Origin: Vicugna vicugna
Lineage: Eukaryota
Length of the DNA stretch: 64,000 bases
Direction of reading: 5' to 3'
NCBI GenBank assembly: GCA_013265495.1
Contig: MU057521.1
Coordinates: 248,001 to 312,000, forward strand
Both the position numbers and the translations under genes were made by a program. The first letter of the stretch is position 1. The number at the start of each line of letters is the position of its first letter. Below, piece by piece: positions 39,130 through 53,762 of this stretch. The notes beneath the pieces are model-generated. The model had not been told where the DNA came from, made no database searches, and saw only the letters and a list, made by a program, of their open reading frames with translations.

Positions 39130-42116
39130 AATTTTCAGTGATGCCCCTTTCTTTTCCTTCATGGCACACACAACAATTTGTTTTGAAACGTACACTCACC
39201 CTCATCCATTAAGCGTTTTTCTGTCTTACTGAATTGATAGACTTCAGAATGTTAGTTACTATGTAGGCTTTGTTCACCTTGGGCCTACCTCAGTCCTGGA
39301 ACATGTTAGGGTGTCAATAAATATGCACTGAGTGAATAGACAAGTCAATGAATAGAAGTGCTTCCTGTATTGGGGTCCAACTTTCCCAGTCGGGGAGCAG
39401 GCCTGCCTAAGAGAAGATGAGGAGCAACAGGTAGAAGGTATTGTGGACAGAGGACACAGACAAGGCAGTGCTTCCTCTGGAAGCATCACAGAATGTGAAA
39501 CATTTCAGATGTAGGCGTGATTATTTTTACAGTAATCAAGAGCTAATTCATGTTCAGATAATACTACCTTTTTCTGTAGTAGGAAGTGTATGTTTATAAG
39601 AGTAAATTCATCTTTGTTAGATCTAGAAATGGCTTACGTTTCAAATGAGAAGCTCATGGAAGGCATAAGCGGTGCCTAAGACAAGGTATTGAATAAATTA
39701 GATGCTCAGTAAATACCAATTAATTAATAAATGGGTTAACAGTTCCCTTGAGGTGGCTGAGTAGCTGTAACTGCCTACTTGATTCTAACTGACTGGTATC
39801 TTAATTCCACATTTTGATGGAAGCAATCCTGCCAAGTGAAATTGGCTGCAATCTCTGGCTAAGCTCAGCTTATTTTAATATTTTTGGCTTTTTCCCAAAA
39901 TATTTATAGTTTTCTTTTCACCTTCAGAGATTTACTGTTCAACCATGGTTCACAGAGGCTAAAAGTATCAACCTTAATACATATACAGTGTTGCTGTCAA
40001 TGTCTTGAACAAAATTTTCTCATTCCAAGGGTATGGCAAAGAATTTCCAAGCATAAATTATATTCCTTCTCCTACTTTCATTTAGACATTTTTTACTGAG
40101 AGCAGATTATACACCAGACATTACCTTTAGAGGTGATCTCTGTGTGACATAAGAACCTTGTTCTCCTTTTAGTGATGTGCATGCTACACATGCCTCGACT
40201 TTCTCTGTGAATTTTTGAGGTGCTAAGAAAGAACATTCTAGAAGGTGTCTGGTATGTACAATGAAAAATTAAGCAGTAGTATTATTACCATTATTGATAA
40301 AAATGGTGCCAGGAAATCCTCTCCCAAAGAGTATGCATCCACCTCAAAGAGTAGGATGGGAGTTGTATGAAGACTCACTTTGGTAAGACAAATTCCTTGA
40401 AGTGAAGGGTTAACTTTTAACTGTGTAAAATACTCACACAACTCTTGGTTTTCCTAGGGACAAGCCCGTTTACTACCTCGAGCAGGGCATTGTGAGAGTG
40501 ATGGAGACTTTTTATGAGCCTCCTTCTCCATGTCTCCTTTTGCAATCTCCCCTCTACCCATTTCCTCACTCAGGTTCTCAGGGCCTTGATACTGGTCCTT
40601 AGCAAAAACTTGAACATTGTACCTCACAGACCCTAAAAATACATCCTCCTCCTTTTCTCCACCATCTTTTATCTCATGGCTCAACTCTCCATCCTGTTAA
40701 ATACCAACAGGTGACAAATCAGTCAACCAGCTCTCTCTGTTAGGAGCCCCAATCCTAAGGGAGGTGGGGGAGACACAAAGATTCTTAATGACAAATCTTT
40801 CTATTGTTCACCTTTCCTTAGTTTCTTTTATTTTCTACGAATACTAACAACTTTAGTTTCTTTCCCCCATTTGTTTCATGTGCCCCACAGTAGCAATGTA
40901 ACCTTTCTCCCCCTAAAACAGATTAGAAAAGTACATTTATTTAACTAATATTTTTAATCTGATAACTCTTTTCTTGTTTTAATCTATTCATTGCTTATGT
41001 CTCTCCTCCTTTGCACTTACCTTCTAATTAACCTCATCAAATCTCTTCTTATCCAATTGCTGATTCCAAACTAGACTTTCGAGTTTGAACTTTGTTAAGA
41101 TGGCAAAACATCTCCAATCATTCATTCAATAAACATTGATTGGATATCAGTGTACCTGAAACTAGAGTTGTCCCAGGAACGTCAAAATCCCCACCCCTCA
41201 CTCTTGTTGAGTGAAGGCATACATAAAGTACATAGTATTAATAGTAAAGAAAAGAAAGCAAACATTGACCCAGTTTGTGATTTGTTTAAATACAACCATG
41301 AAGTCAGAATATGTATCAAAACTTGAAATAGGTGTTCTAGACGTTTGAGCATTAGGAACGTCAAGTTGAGTCATACTGGTGAACTGCTGCCCCATCTTGT
41401 TTGTATTACAAAGGAGAAGTGTGTTTTGGGGCATGTTTTGGTTTTTCCCAGTCCTAATATATACAGAAGGGGAAGAGAAGGCAAGAACTCTGAATTTTCT
41501 GTCTCATAAAGAAAAGATTCAGTATCTTTCACTAACATACTATTTACAGTTAGTGGGTTTAAGTTTAAAATTCCAAACAAAAGTCTCTACCATTGAAATT
41601 TTTATGACTCAGATAGAACCCTGGATAGAAAAGAGATCCTAAGGTCCAAAGAGGCATATGAAACCTCTCCCCAGAGCCCTAGAGAGCAGCACAGGACACT
41701 GATCTAAAGTGTTGGCACATCTTATGCCTGGTCTCCCACTGACATTAACAGCATGCCTTCTGGGAGATGCAGAACTACCTCTGATAGAAGGACCAGGGAT
41801 TCATTCTGAGGGTGAAGGCCAGCAAGTTCACAGAAGCTATTGTGGTGCACAGTGGGAAGTGACTGCAAGTTGATGGTGAGTGTGCTTTTCCGGGCATGAA
41901 GAAGGGTTTTAGTACTGCAGATGCAATTACCACATAGGAAGGAACCAGCACCCTTACTGAAATTAGAACATAAAATGAGTCAGGCTGGTGGACAAATTGC
42001 AGTCCATGGCCCTGCTGTGTTAGTGACCTATATTCACTCTCCAAACTTAGTATGAAGCTCCGTATCTGGAGCTAGTGATTTAGTGGACGGTAGTAAGGAA
42101 GGTAATGTGCAGTCAA

Positions 42117-42356
42117 GGGAGAGACAGGGAATTTGGGATTAACGGATACACACTACTATATGTAAAATAGATAAACAACAAGGACCTACTGTATAGCAGA
42201 GGGACTATACTCAATTTCTTGTAATAACTTATAATGAAAAATAATCTTAAAAAGAATATATATATGTATAACTGAATCACTTTGCTGTATACCTGAAACA
42301 TTGCAAATCGTCCATATTTCAATGAAAAAGAAAAATAAATAAATAAAATAAAAATA
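42117..42356 (+). mobile_element. L1 3' end (artiodactyl L1_Art-like) with A-rich tail
   Basis: 'ggattaacggatacacactactatatgtaaaatagataaacaacaaggacctactgtatagca...gtataactgaatcactttgctgtatacctgaaac'. Confidence 0.92.
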
Positions 42357-43036
42357 GCTCCATAGAAAAAAAGTAGAGTATATATTTTGCCTAATTTAAA
42401 AAGTTGATATTGATAGGCTGATACTTGTCTGATAAATAGTCTAGTTTTCAGAGCTTAGAATCAGATTAAATTTTACATATTACACTCATTCAATTTAGCT
42501 CAATTCAGTAAGTATTTACTAAGTACCACTGTAGACACCAGGGATGGATAGACAGCATTTTAAAGAAACTTTATTTTAATGTCAGTCTTTTCTGGTTCCA
42601 ACAAATTAAAAAAACTCTTTGAGATGAAGGGCATAGTGAGAGCTGTGAGTAAACACAACTGTATTCAAGGGATTATGACAACTATTGGGAAGAGTTCATT
42701 TCACAGCATATTTTCAGTGACCAAGTGTTCAGTCTTGACTGAAGAAATCTAGGCTTAAGGAAATCCACCTACACCAAGAGGGTAAAGTTTTAAGGAATAA
42801 AAGATGGTAAACACTGTAAAATGCTCCAAATTCCAGGAGTAGGAGAACTGAAAAAACATATATAAGCTTTGGCTGTTAAGAAATGAGAGCGAATTGCAGA
42901 ATTGGCAGCCAAATTTAAGGATTTCAAAGAGGGAAAGGTCTGCAAGAAGCTGAAGCAATATCTAGTTCACTGTTTCAGGACACAAGGTAGTGAGAGCTGG
43001 AAGAAGTAAAGAAGGGCAGGAGCTTGGAAGGCACCG

Positions 43037-43060
43037 TGTATGTGTGTGTGTGTGTGTGTG
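43037..43060. repeat. (TG)n microsatellite
   Basis: Direct observation. Confidence 0.9.
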
Positions 43061-44905
43061 TTGTGATGCTCTTTTTATTGCTTCCTTACATTTAAGATTA
43101 GAATTTGGGTATAGAGATGATAGAGCCCACAGAGGAGGAGATATTGGAAATGAAAATAAAAATGTAAATAATTCAATTTATAAAATCTTGGAGGGGCAAA
43201 AATGCAATGATATCAGGAGCAGGGGCTGAAACATCCAGGTTGCACAGATGAAACAGTCCAGTGTCAGTCTGCAGGGAGAGGGTGATCTTTCTTCAGACTG
43301 AAGGAATAATCCTTCCCGGGAAGGGGTGATGAATGGATTGGGGTATGTGTAGGATGAAGAGGAGACTGAAAGGAAAAAGAGGCGGGAAATATAAGGGAGG
43401 ATCTGGACTAGAGACGAGTGAGTTGACAAGATTCATGTGTGATAATCTGCATTCTCTTGATAAAGCAGGAGGCAGAAACTGAATTTCTAACTCTGGACTA
43501 GAATAAAGGATCAATTTTGATCTAACGAACCCAGTGGCATTCTGGGCGACTGCAGCAAGGAAAGCTATTTGGATAAACACTAGATTTGTTTTCATCACTG
43601 TTTTTAACACTACTTTCTTCTTTGGTCCATTTTATAAACTACATTAGGTCTTGAAATCTCCCTCAACCTTTCATGTTTCCATTATTGTTTCAGAAAGTGA
43701 GTCAGTACTTTAAGTGCAAAATACATATTTGAGCTAATTTTTGAATAAAAAGGACATTCAAAGTGTGAATGAAAATGGAAGAAGCGAATGTTTATTGCCT
43801 AATTTCAGTAGGAGATAAGACTCCAGACTAAGTCAAAGTGAAAAAACAGAATGAGAAACACATTAACTTACTATTGGGAAACACCTATTTAAAAAAAAAT
43901 AGAATATTTCAATAGAGAGCATATTATTCAACTAACCCAAAAGTCAAATGGAAACATTATACTCTTTTAGAAACTTTCCTGTTAACAAGTTGAACTTGCC
44001 AAGTAATAATGCTCAAAGTTTGTACAGTCCACATGCAAGTGGCAATTTGATAGAATAATCTTGCTTTTAGGTCTTCAGGAAAATTATACTTCTGTTTAAA
44101 ATTATTTCAAGTAGTGGCATCTCTTCCAAAACTTTCATTATCAAGTAAAAATTCTAATTTTTCAGAACAGCAAACAGCCTCTGAAGTTCTTCAAACAATT
44201 TAGAGTTGATTGAAACAATTCTAATATTTATTTTTAAAAATTTTGGGAAAAGAAAATTCTCTGTTATCCTTCTGTAATATTTAATCAAAGATATTCTTAG
44301 ATAGGCTAAATAGTTTTCTCAAGGTCACATAATTATTTGAGAACAGACAAAAATCTGTGACCTTCTATATTCTCTCATTCAGTCCCTTATCTATCCATCC
44401 ATTTCATGCTTCTTGCTCCCATAATTACTTTGAATCCAAAGCAGCTCTCTCTTCCTCAAGGAAATGTCTCTTGGAGGGTTTAGTAATGATGTTATACACT
44501 TCATTGGCTCACTGGCTAGCGGAAATAGATCATCTTCCATACGTGGTGTTATTCTACAACTGTGATTTGGAGGGAAGAAGGGGCCAGGTGTGGGGAGAGA
44601 AAGGAAGCTAGAAAATCATGACGGCATATGCTCTCAAAATTAATGAGCATCTACTCTTTTCAGCCTCAGATTTGTGTTGAACATTTAAGAGATTTTAAAA
44701 TAAAATTGGGTACTTTAAAGAAGAGTTTTTATAAAAAAGACAAAAGGCAATGCTTCACCTCAGAGAAGCAGCACCAGTTGCTTTCAGAGGCTCGGAGCTC
44801 TCAGACGAAGGTCATGTGACTGAGGCCCCCTTTCATCCCGTACTGAGAAGACCAGCTTTAGCTGACGGGTGGTGTGTGGTCAAGAGACACTGGACTAGAG
44901 ACTTG

Positions 44906-45323
44906 TGTGTTAGTGTCCTAGAGCTGCCATAACCAAAGCACAGTGCACCGAATGGATGACAACAATAGACGTGTATTGTCTCACGGTCGTTCTCAAAGCA
45001 AGAAGTCTGAGATCGAGGTGTTGGCAAGGTTGGTTCCTCCTGAGGGCTGTGAGGGAAGGATCTGTTCTAGGTCTCTCTCCTCGGCTTGTGAGTGGCCACC
45101 TTTATTCTGAGCCTCTCCACATTGCTTTCCCTCTGTGCCTCTCTCTGCATCCAAATTTCCCCTTTCAAAGGGACACCAGCCATAGTGAATTAAGGCTCAC
45201 TCTAATGACCTCACTTTAACTTGATTACCTCTGTAAAGACTGTATCTCCAAGACTGCATTATGAGATTAGGACTTCAAAATATGCACTTAGAGGGTGGGG
45301 GACACAATTCAAGCCAGAATAAC
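44906..45323 (-). mobile_element. MLT1B-like solo LTR
   Basis: 'tgtgttagtgtcctagagctgccataac...gctgtgagggaaggatctgttctagg...ctaatgacctcactttaacttgattacctctgtaaagac...gggacacaattcaa'. Confidence 0.9.
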
Positions 45324-46121
45324 TTGATAATAGGAGGACTCTGCCTTAAACCTATTATCTAAAGTTATCAAAGAGAAGAGCCAGAAATACTGACATTGTG
45401 TGCGTGTGCACGTGTGTGTATGAAGTGCTGATAAATCTGTATCTATTAATCTATTATAAGGCATTTGTAAAAGAAGATAAATCAAGGAATGACAACACAA
45501 GCACCTGATTTGGAAATGTACAGTCAGCCAAAAGAACTACATCTGGAAACCATTAAAAGTAGTTTTCTCTGAGTTTTGAGGCAGGGGCAGGGATTAATTA
45601 TTTTCATTTTAGATCCTGTTAAATTATCTCACTTTTAATTTTAATTAAAAACTAAGCTAAAGGTATAAATTCCAGATAATTATGAACCCAACTGTCAATT
45701 ATAAGAAAATAAGAATAGTCTTAGAAGATCAAGTAGGATGACTTCACCTGATAAAAACTTGTATGACGTCCCGACGCGAGCAGTTGGCAATTGATAGTGA
45801 AACACGGAACTTCAGAGGACTGGGGAACAGGGTGCCCTTTCCACTGACAAAGGTGTTGTAGGAAATCACTGTGAGAGAGAGAATGAAACTGGAAATAGAG
45901 CCTCAGGATTAGGGGACAGAGAATGAGGCTGAGAGTATCCTAGATTTTTTTTCTCAGATATATCACTCACTTGTTCTTACGGTTTTGAACAAGACACTTA
46001 ACCTTTCTATCTCACTGCAAATATATTTCTTTTATTGTCTGTAAATTGGAAAAAAAACTATTTCCTTTGATTTATCATTTTTTCCTCCTCATTTTTAAAA
46101 TCTAAAATTTCTTATTTTGTT

Positions 46122-46212
46122 TTGTGTGTATATATATATAATGCAAATTATATATGTATATATGTATACTTGTGTGTATATGTATACTTATGTGTGTATA
46201 TAAGTAGATATG
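46122..46212. repeat. (TA/TG) low-complexity tract
   Basis: Direct observation. Confidence 0.8.
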
Positions 46213-46497
46213 TTTATTTTATTGTCAGATATAATAAAATTTTATTGCCAGACTGTACTAAATTGTCCTTCAAAGGACTTCTAAAGATAGGAAACCTCAC
46301 CCTACTTCTGACTCTTACAGAAAAGCCCTCATCATCTGAGTTGCAAGTAAGAAGTGAAAACCCAGGGCCAACTAGCAGCAATTAAACAGCAACCTGTTGG
46401 TCCTGAATATGGAAATGTGCTCACAGAACAATCCGCAATGGCCCTTAACCTAAGGGCTAATCAATTTAACTGAGTTCCATGTTGATTACCGAGAAAA

Positions 46498-46498
<1 letters not shown>

Positions 46499-46533
<35 letters not shown>

Positions 46534-46542
46534 ACAAACAAA
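46499..46542. repeat. (CAAG)8(CAAA)3 compound microsatellite
   Basis: Direct observation. Confidence 0.95.
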
Positions 46543-48254
46543 CACATCTAGGTTTGATGAGACTCTGCAAAAACTATTCCTACAGAGAACCCAGAAATTG
46601 AATCTGAGGAAGCTCTTTTCAAGCTGTAATGAGCCACCTGCCTCCAGCTATAAAACCCAAAGAGGAAGGAGAGGAAACATGCTGAACAACAAGAGGCAAT
46701 TCCCAGCATCGTGCAGCAGGGGCTCGGCAGAGAAGTAATCCTTTGTATAATGTCACCAGTCACCAGGCTTTCGGGGAACTTTCAGGCTATGAGTTGGATC
46801 AGTTTATATCTGATCATTGTTTTAAGTGTTATCATTTACTTTTTTATTCACCATCAACTTAGATGTAAAAAGAAGGTGCAAATTTTATTTTTGTGAAACA
46901 GCCATCAAATGTTTACTGAATGTTAGTTACCACAGTAGGTGCTACGGACCAAAGAGGGGGAAAAAGAAGGCGGGAATGGAATGGCCATTAAACACGGAAG
47001 CCCTCAAAGTGAAAGGAGTCTTCAGGCAGAGGAAACCATCATTACGGATCATTGAGAAGAGAAAAAAACACCAGGGCTCACATTACTGTCTATCTATGGA
47101 CACATGCATTGCAAAATTTGTTTTGTTTTGTTTTGCTACACCTAGGAGCAGTTTTCTGACCAAATTGCCATTAGACTTTTGCAAAGGGAAACGCAGAAAG
47201 CAGAACCTCTCCTCCCTTAAAATAAGGAATTAGCTCATTCTGTTTCCCAGGATGGAGCCACACTAGCCTTTGCGACCACAATGCCATTTTTGTATTACTT
47301 AGCTGCCTTAATTCTCTCCATTCTCAGCATGACAGTAAACCAATAGGTTTCTCATTAATACAGAGAGACATCTTTCAATATTCAAAAATGTAGATAAACC
47401 TCATTAATTTGGGGAGAAAAAGAAAAGAAAGCTAAAATGATTTTTTAAATCAATTTTTATGGAGTTTGATGACTTTGAGTATCTCAGGGCAAAGGTAATG
47501 CATGCATTGATTCCTTTGACCTGGAGCTACTAACACCACCGAAAAACCTTACTCATCTATTTAGGGAGTAAGTTTACCTAAGGGATTTGTATTGTTTTTG
47601 CTTTTACTGTTATTTTGTTTGTTTGTTTGTTTTCATTAAGGGAAGGATATAATCTGGGGTATTTTTTGATAAGTTACCATGATGTGGAGAAACTGAAGGC
47701 AGTAAAACTCTTAGGGAATTAGCTATCTAGGTATCCAATCCAAGTAATTGATAATAAGCCTGATATGATAGGAGAAAATTTAATACACATTACAGAGGGG
47801 AAATCAACAGAGCCATGTTTTATTTATACTGTTTCACTTTCTAAAGCACCAAGGCAAACCGTGTCCTGTATATTGAAATATTACTAATATAGGCTGGCTG
47901 AATAAATGAATACACACCCATGAAAGGGAAAATTCTTTCATACATGAATGAGTGAGTTAAAATTTATAGGATGTAGGGAGTGGGCAGCAATGCGGCAACA
48001 ATAAAATTACAGCTTTAAGCCTTAGTGACTATTGATATTTGGGTGATCTTCGGTCAGAAATGGCACATTTATTATTGAGACCTGTTCTCATCAATTTTAC
48101 AATTGTTGTTTATCCGGGGTGAGAGATCCAATTCTGGGAGTGCAGGACCATTGCACATAAAGAGCAGATTGCACAGATGTGATGCCCGAAGGATGTATAT
48201 AGTAAAACTGATAACACAGACCCAATCATGAGATTTCCTGGGGAAGGATGTAGA

Positions 48255-48335
48255 GAGAAGAGGGGAGTGAAACGGAGTGAAAGGAAGAGAGGAGAGGGAA
48301 GAGGAGAGGAAGGGATGGGAGGGGCAAAGGCTGGA
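48255..48335. repeat. GA-rich polypurine low-complexity tract
   Basis: Direct observation. Confidence 0.7.
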
Positions 48336-48492
48336 AGAACAATGTTCATAGTGGATGAGAGCTATGTGACTACGCAGGAGAATGACAGATAATTCTGGGT
48401 TTTTATGAATTAAATGGATACACAGTGAAGCAACAAAAGGATGAGCTGTATTAAAATACGTAATTTTCATCATTTTATTTTCATACATGTAG

Positions 48493-48559
48493 AAAGGCCA
48501 GCACTTAAAAACATAAACAGAATGCAGAGGCAATCTTCAAGGAATTTACGTATTGAAAG
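48493..48559 (+). other. Candidate internal exon (RPALKNINRMQRQSSRNLRIE)
   Basis: 'ttttattttcatacatgtag|' acceptor, 'AAG|gtaaga' donor; only one frame open. Confidence 0.3.
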
Positions 48560-50154
48560 GTAAGATCATTTGGACAAGGAAGCACTACCCCATTAGGAAA
48601 GGCCAGTCACGAGAGATGCACGAGGTAATACACACCAGAGAAGAGCCAAGCCCATTCACCAGCAAGGTGCACGGTAGCAACACGGCTCTATGATTCTAAA
48701 AGTATCTTGGACTCCGGCTTGTCCACCTGATAAAATCTCCCTGTAATTCTCAACTCTGCTTACTCACTACTGCTGGTCTACCTATAAGCTTCTGTAGAAA
48801 ATGTGTATTTACTCCTCATAACCAGAGAATTATCTTGAGTGATTCAGTTATCTATACAGTGCCTAGTCTAGAGACATGCATAGTGCCTACAAAATAAATT
48901 TTAAAAAAGGAGACATGATGGGGAAGATGCAGTGTCTCCTTCTTTGCTCAAACAAAGCAAAGTGAAGTCAGACTCTTAGAACGTTAAAGCAGACAATTTG
49001 AGAGATTGTGTAATTGAACACCTACCTCTCCACCTCTGCCAACATATTTTTGTAGTTGAAGTCTCAGAAAGGTTAAGAGGCGTGCTAAAGTCACCAACCT
49101 ACTTAATGGCAAAAGCAACTTGACATATTTTCTGTATGTGTGTGCTGGGTGAGGGGAGGTGGTATTTTAAGGTTGGTGAATAAGTAAAGGAGAGGCTGAG
49201 GGATGGAGGAGATACATGCTATGCAGCGCAACTTTCAAATTAAAAAAAAAATAAAGTCCAAATGCTCAATTCTCTCAATGCTTCGAGTCTTTTGATTATA
49301 AGCTCACTACTATTTCAACTGAATTTCATTCCTCAGAGAGTGATAGAGTAATCAAAGCAGTATTCAGCTCCATGAGAGTTATACTCCTGTACCGTCTTTA
49401 GAATTCTAAACTGTGTAAAAAAAAATAATAGAATACCCCAAATTTTCTAGAAACAAAAAAAGGATAAAGTCCACACCGTCTTCATTTGCTCCTCATCTCA
49501 CTTGCTCCTCCGTGCCTTGTGTTGGTGCGCGAACACTCAGTTGAGATACTTTCGTCCTCTCTCTGACACATTACGAACTCAGACATGGAAGAAGGGGATT
49601 TGGAACAGGGATTTGGAGCAACAGGAACAAACAAACAATCAGGGTGCAGGATCCGACTTCAGGTAAATGATCTTGCTAATGAAGAGAACAACTCTGGAAT
49701 GCCAACAATGACTAAATAGAACCCTCCAAAAATCCACTCTAAATTAAACCTTCTATATAAAGCCTTCTTCAAAATTTCCCATAACCTATTAAAACATTTT
49801 AATGAATATCACATCGAGATGGAAGGAGGCCATTATGGTGAGCATCCATTGTGCGGGGAATTTGCATTAACCGCCAAAAAGATTTTGGTTTCTTGCTCCT
49901 TAGCAACTGCAAGTGATTTCTTATAAATTTTTTTTTCCTGCTTTAAGATGACCTTGTTCTTTTCCTTCCTAATTTAGAGTCCCAAGGGGAGGATGGTCTG
50001 AGGAAACGGTTATTAAAAAAATGCCCGTTTCATGAATGCACTTATTGTCAGACTAATTTTCAGAAAGAAACAAACTGTTCCCTCTCACTCTCCAGGCTGT
50101 TCGAAAGAGGTGGTGTTGAGTTTGGGGAACTGCCTCGTCCTAACAAAACCAGAC

Positions 50155-50405
50155 AATAGTAATGATGCTCCATCATCTGCGGAGTGCTTAATGTGCTAGA
50201 CACTATTCCAATGTTGCCCATGTGTTAACTCGGTTATTCCTTATTACAACTCTATGAGGTCAGTGCTAATATTACCCTCATTCTACATAGGAGGAAACTG
50301 AGGCAGAGAGAGATTAAATAACTTGCCAAAGATCACACAAGTACTAAATTGTAGAAACAGGTTTGAAATAAGCAATTTGACGGTTCTTAACCTAAGAGCT
50401 ACTGG
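50155..50405 (-). mobile_element. Near full-length MIR SINE
   Basis: 'caactctatgagg...cattctacataggaggaaactgaggcagagagagattaaataacttgccaaagatcacaca'. Confidence 0.9.
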
Positions 50406-50959
50406 ACCAACTACTTGTTCCATTGTCCAACTTGGCATCCCTTCCAGGGAACTCCTAGACAGCGATCTGCCCGGAATTTAGCAACTCGGTGGAGTGTGTG
50501 AATTCTCCCATCTGGAATATTAGGATTTAAATGTACTCCAGGAATCATGTACCCCAAGGCCCCATTTTCTAACTGAGGATCCTGAGAACAGTTATGAAAT
50601 TGACACATGAAAGAACTAGAAGCAGCACACAGAGCTACATGTTGTACTCAGTCTCCTAAATGCTTTCAATCTGTTTTCTTTGATCCTGCATGGAATCTCA
50701 GAGTAATTCAAAGAGGGCTCCCTTGTCGTATGTTTGGAAAATATTCTGGACTGGTACCAATAATTTCAGTCAATGTTAACTACTACATACGAGGCAATAT
50801 GTTAAGTGTTTTTATACACAGTCTTCAACTTATCATTATTATCCCTTTATAGGTGAGAAATCCATAATGATTTGGGTTAAATGTTACAGAAAGTTTTTCC
50901 ATCTAGTTTAATTTGGAGACTGACTTTACCATGCCTCAATGTGTGTAATAAATGTTGCA

Positions 50960-51319
50960 CTGTCCCTGAGATTCCTCTGAAGACCGAAGGTCTCACTATG
51001 CTACCTGCTGCCCTCTGAGAACTGCCAAAACTAAACAGAGCGTCCAAGGCCAAGCCCCCTCCCCAGGGTCAGCTCATATCCAAAGAATGCACAGGTCAAT
51101 TCTCAAGGCCCACGTCAGCCTCCAAGCCATATGTGGGATGGTAGGGTTGGCTGAGGCCACACTGTAACTGTGTGACAGTCAAACCTCTCTGTCTGCCCAT
51201 CCTGCTTCCTTTACTTTCCTTCCCTCATAGGTGTGAATCCCAAAAGCCCTCCCTAGCAAGTTTCCTGCAGGCTGATCTCCATCTCAGAGTCTGCTTTTAG
51301 GGGGACTGGACACATGACA
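50960..51319 (+). mobile_element. LTR16-type ERVL LTR
   Basis: 'ccaaggccaagccccctccccaggg', 'ctgcccatcctgcttcc', 'ctccatctcagagtctgctttt...atgaca'. Confidence 0.8.
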
Positions 51320-51715
51320 TTTAGTTTACACTTCATTGGAATTAAGCCACACTTATCAAGGGACAAGAACAGGTCTATTTACAGGTGCAATAAACAAAAG
51401 GATGAACTTATATAAATGTGTATTAATATGTATTTATATTTTTGTTTATAGATTGTCCCAAATATAATCACAAAGAGAGAGAAGAAGAGACCATCAATGA
51501 CCTCTCTGTCTCTCTCTGACCACCCATCCCTGGTCCCAGGGCAGCAGATGCTCCTGATCATAGCATTCCTTGGAATGGATGTGCTTGGCAATGGTGTTTC
51601 ATACGCATTGCTCTTAGATCAGAACTTGATATTGCTGGGCATCTCTGTTTTGTTACTTCAGCTGTCATCCGAATGGGAATTGGGAGACCCTAGTTCAGTT
51701 TGAAAACATGCGAAC

Positions 51716-52146
51716 TGTATTATTTTCCTAGGGCTGATATAACAATTTACCACAAACTGGCTGGCTTAAAACAAGAGAAATTTATTCTCTCATCGTTTTG
51801 GAGACTACAAGTCTGAAATCAAGGTGTCTTTGGGGCACACTCCCTCTGAAGGCTCTAGAGGAGAATTCTTCCTTGTGTCTTCTGGCCTCTGGTGGCCCCA
51901 GGATCCCTCGGCTTGTGGCAGCACCACTCCAGTCTCTGCCTCAGCCTTCACATGGCCTTATTCCCCAAGTACCTGTAACTCCATGTCTTTCCTCTTATAA
52001 GGACATCTGATTTAGGCCCCACTCTAAATCCAAGATGATTTTATCTCAAGACTCTTAATTCATTACACCTATAAATACCCTGTTTCCAAACAGAGTCACA
52101 TTCTGGGTAGACATGACTTTGGGGGGATACCATTGAACCCACTCCA
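51716..52146 (-). mobile_element. MLT1C-like solo LTR
   Basis: 'tgtattattttcctagggctg...ccacaaactggctggcttaaaacaagagaaatttattctctca...ctctgaaggctctagaggagaa'; near-TSD cgaac/caaac. Confidence 0.9.
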
Positions 52147-52361
52147 CAAACAAGCAAATAAATTATTCTCCACAGCAGCTCCTCTTACTGGCGCTCAGCT
52201 CTTTTTCAGTAATCTCAGCCTCCCCTCCCCTCCCCATGGGTTCCTGGGAGTTGAGAGCATAGCCAGTTTCTCATAAGATCCTCTCCTCTGATGTTGTTAC
52301 AACAGAATTTGGGATTTACTTCCCATCAATTAATATACTCCCAGGACCCAGTTCATGGAGA

Positions 52362-52775
52362 CATTATCAGTCAGCTTTCTGTCAGAGAAACACAACCAGT
52401 AAGCTAATAAAGCAGGATGCAAAGAAATTTATTTCAAGGTTTGACTTACACATTTTTTTTTTTAAACGGGGGCTGGAAAGTCTGAAATTTGTAGAGCAGG
52501 CCAGAAGGCTGGAAGCTCCCAGGCAGGAGCTGGTACTGCATTCCACAGGCAGGATTTCTTCTTCAGGGAAACCTCACTGTTGCTCTAAAGGCTTTCAATT
52601 GATTGGATGAGACTCACTCAGATTATGAAATATAATATTCTTTCCTTAGAGTCAACTGGCTTTAGATATTGACCACATGTAAAAAATGTCTCCACAACAA
52701 CATCCAGATAAGTGTTTGATTAAATATTTGGGTCCTACAGCCCAGTCATGTTGACTGATAAAACTATCTACCACG
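52362..52775 (-). mobile_element. MLT2 (C/D-like) ERVL LTR
   Basis: 'cagagaaacacaaccagtaag', 'ggaaacctcactgttgctctaaaggctttcaattgattggatgag', 'cagcccagtcatgttgac...aaaactatctacca'. Confidence 0.85.
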
Positions 52776-53699
52776 GAAGAGGCGGTCGATTATTGTCTAA
52801 ACTACTTTATCTGACCATGGGAGACCCTACTTGGCAATATCAGAAATCAGTGAGTTTCCCTAGTAGGTTATTATAGACCCAGTGGACAATTATGTTATCC
52901 ATTGTGATTTTTTAAAAAAATATAAATGTTTACTATTTGAACCCTAAATTGTGTTCTTTTACAGAGCAGGTAAACACAGGAATATTCTGTAGAGAATAAT
53001 CCACAAAATGTAGGATGAGACCTACTGTGTCTTTCTTTATCCTAATGAAGATTAGCTATACACACAAAAAAATAGACTATTTGATAATCTGCCCAAGACC
53101 CTCAAATGATGAATCAGAGGTTTTGGATTGCCAGCCTAATGGCACGGCTGACTCTTACTTAATTTCACTAAACCAGTAAGTAGAAAGGCCAGGGTGAGAC
53201 CTCTGAGTTCCTGATTGTCCAGTGTTAATTCTCTTTCACCACATTAATGGTGTCCCGTAAACATAAAATAGAGGCACAAGGGCAGAGTGAGTGCCTGACC
53301 AAAGGCAGGACAGGCAACATAACCTCAACATTATTTTTAGCTGCAAAATGTTATGTTTTGTTCTGAGACTTGCATTTTTCCAATCTAGGCTGAGGCAAAT
53401 CCATTTAGGTTTACATAGGCTGTTGTCTTGTGTAATAACTGATAATGGAAAGAAAGAAGAATTATGTTCTGTATGAAAATCCATTCACATATTCAGTTTA
53501 CATGATCTAAAAATTAGCCTTATTATGGTTGGTAAATATTTACAAGCATAATTCAATAGTAGGTTCAATCTTCTTTTATAAGAAAGCTCCGTTCGAAGAC
53601 AATTTTCTCAGCAGTGGAGTAAAACTGTCTTAGAAATGAAAACACCAGACCATCATGACTCAGTTCCTTAATATTTTTAGATGGAAATGATTTTTATTT

Positions 53700-53762
53700 G
53701 ACATGATGATGATGGTGATGATAATAGTAACAGTAATAGTAGTAATAATAATAATAATAATA
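53700..53762. repeat. (ATG)/(GTA)/(ATA) trinucleotide low-complexity tract
   Basis: Direct observation; it creates the spurious MMMMV...IIIIII ORF. Confidence 0.85.

Larger units (their letters stand above)
38050..39350 (+). mobile_element. Host L2 remnant interrupted by the MIR and the FLAD1 retrocopy
   Basis: 'ccacactggatttctctctgctccttga', 3' end 'cagtcctggaacatgttagggtgtcaataaatatgcactgagtgaat'. Confidence 0.6.

Noticed and set aside
41021..41155. Minus-strand exon with a strong AAG|gtaagt donor
   Set aside because: Stops in all frames and overlaps an L2 3' end.
48072..48533. 153-aa minus-strand ORF
   Set aside because: Open because of a low-complexity polypurine tract; not protein-like.
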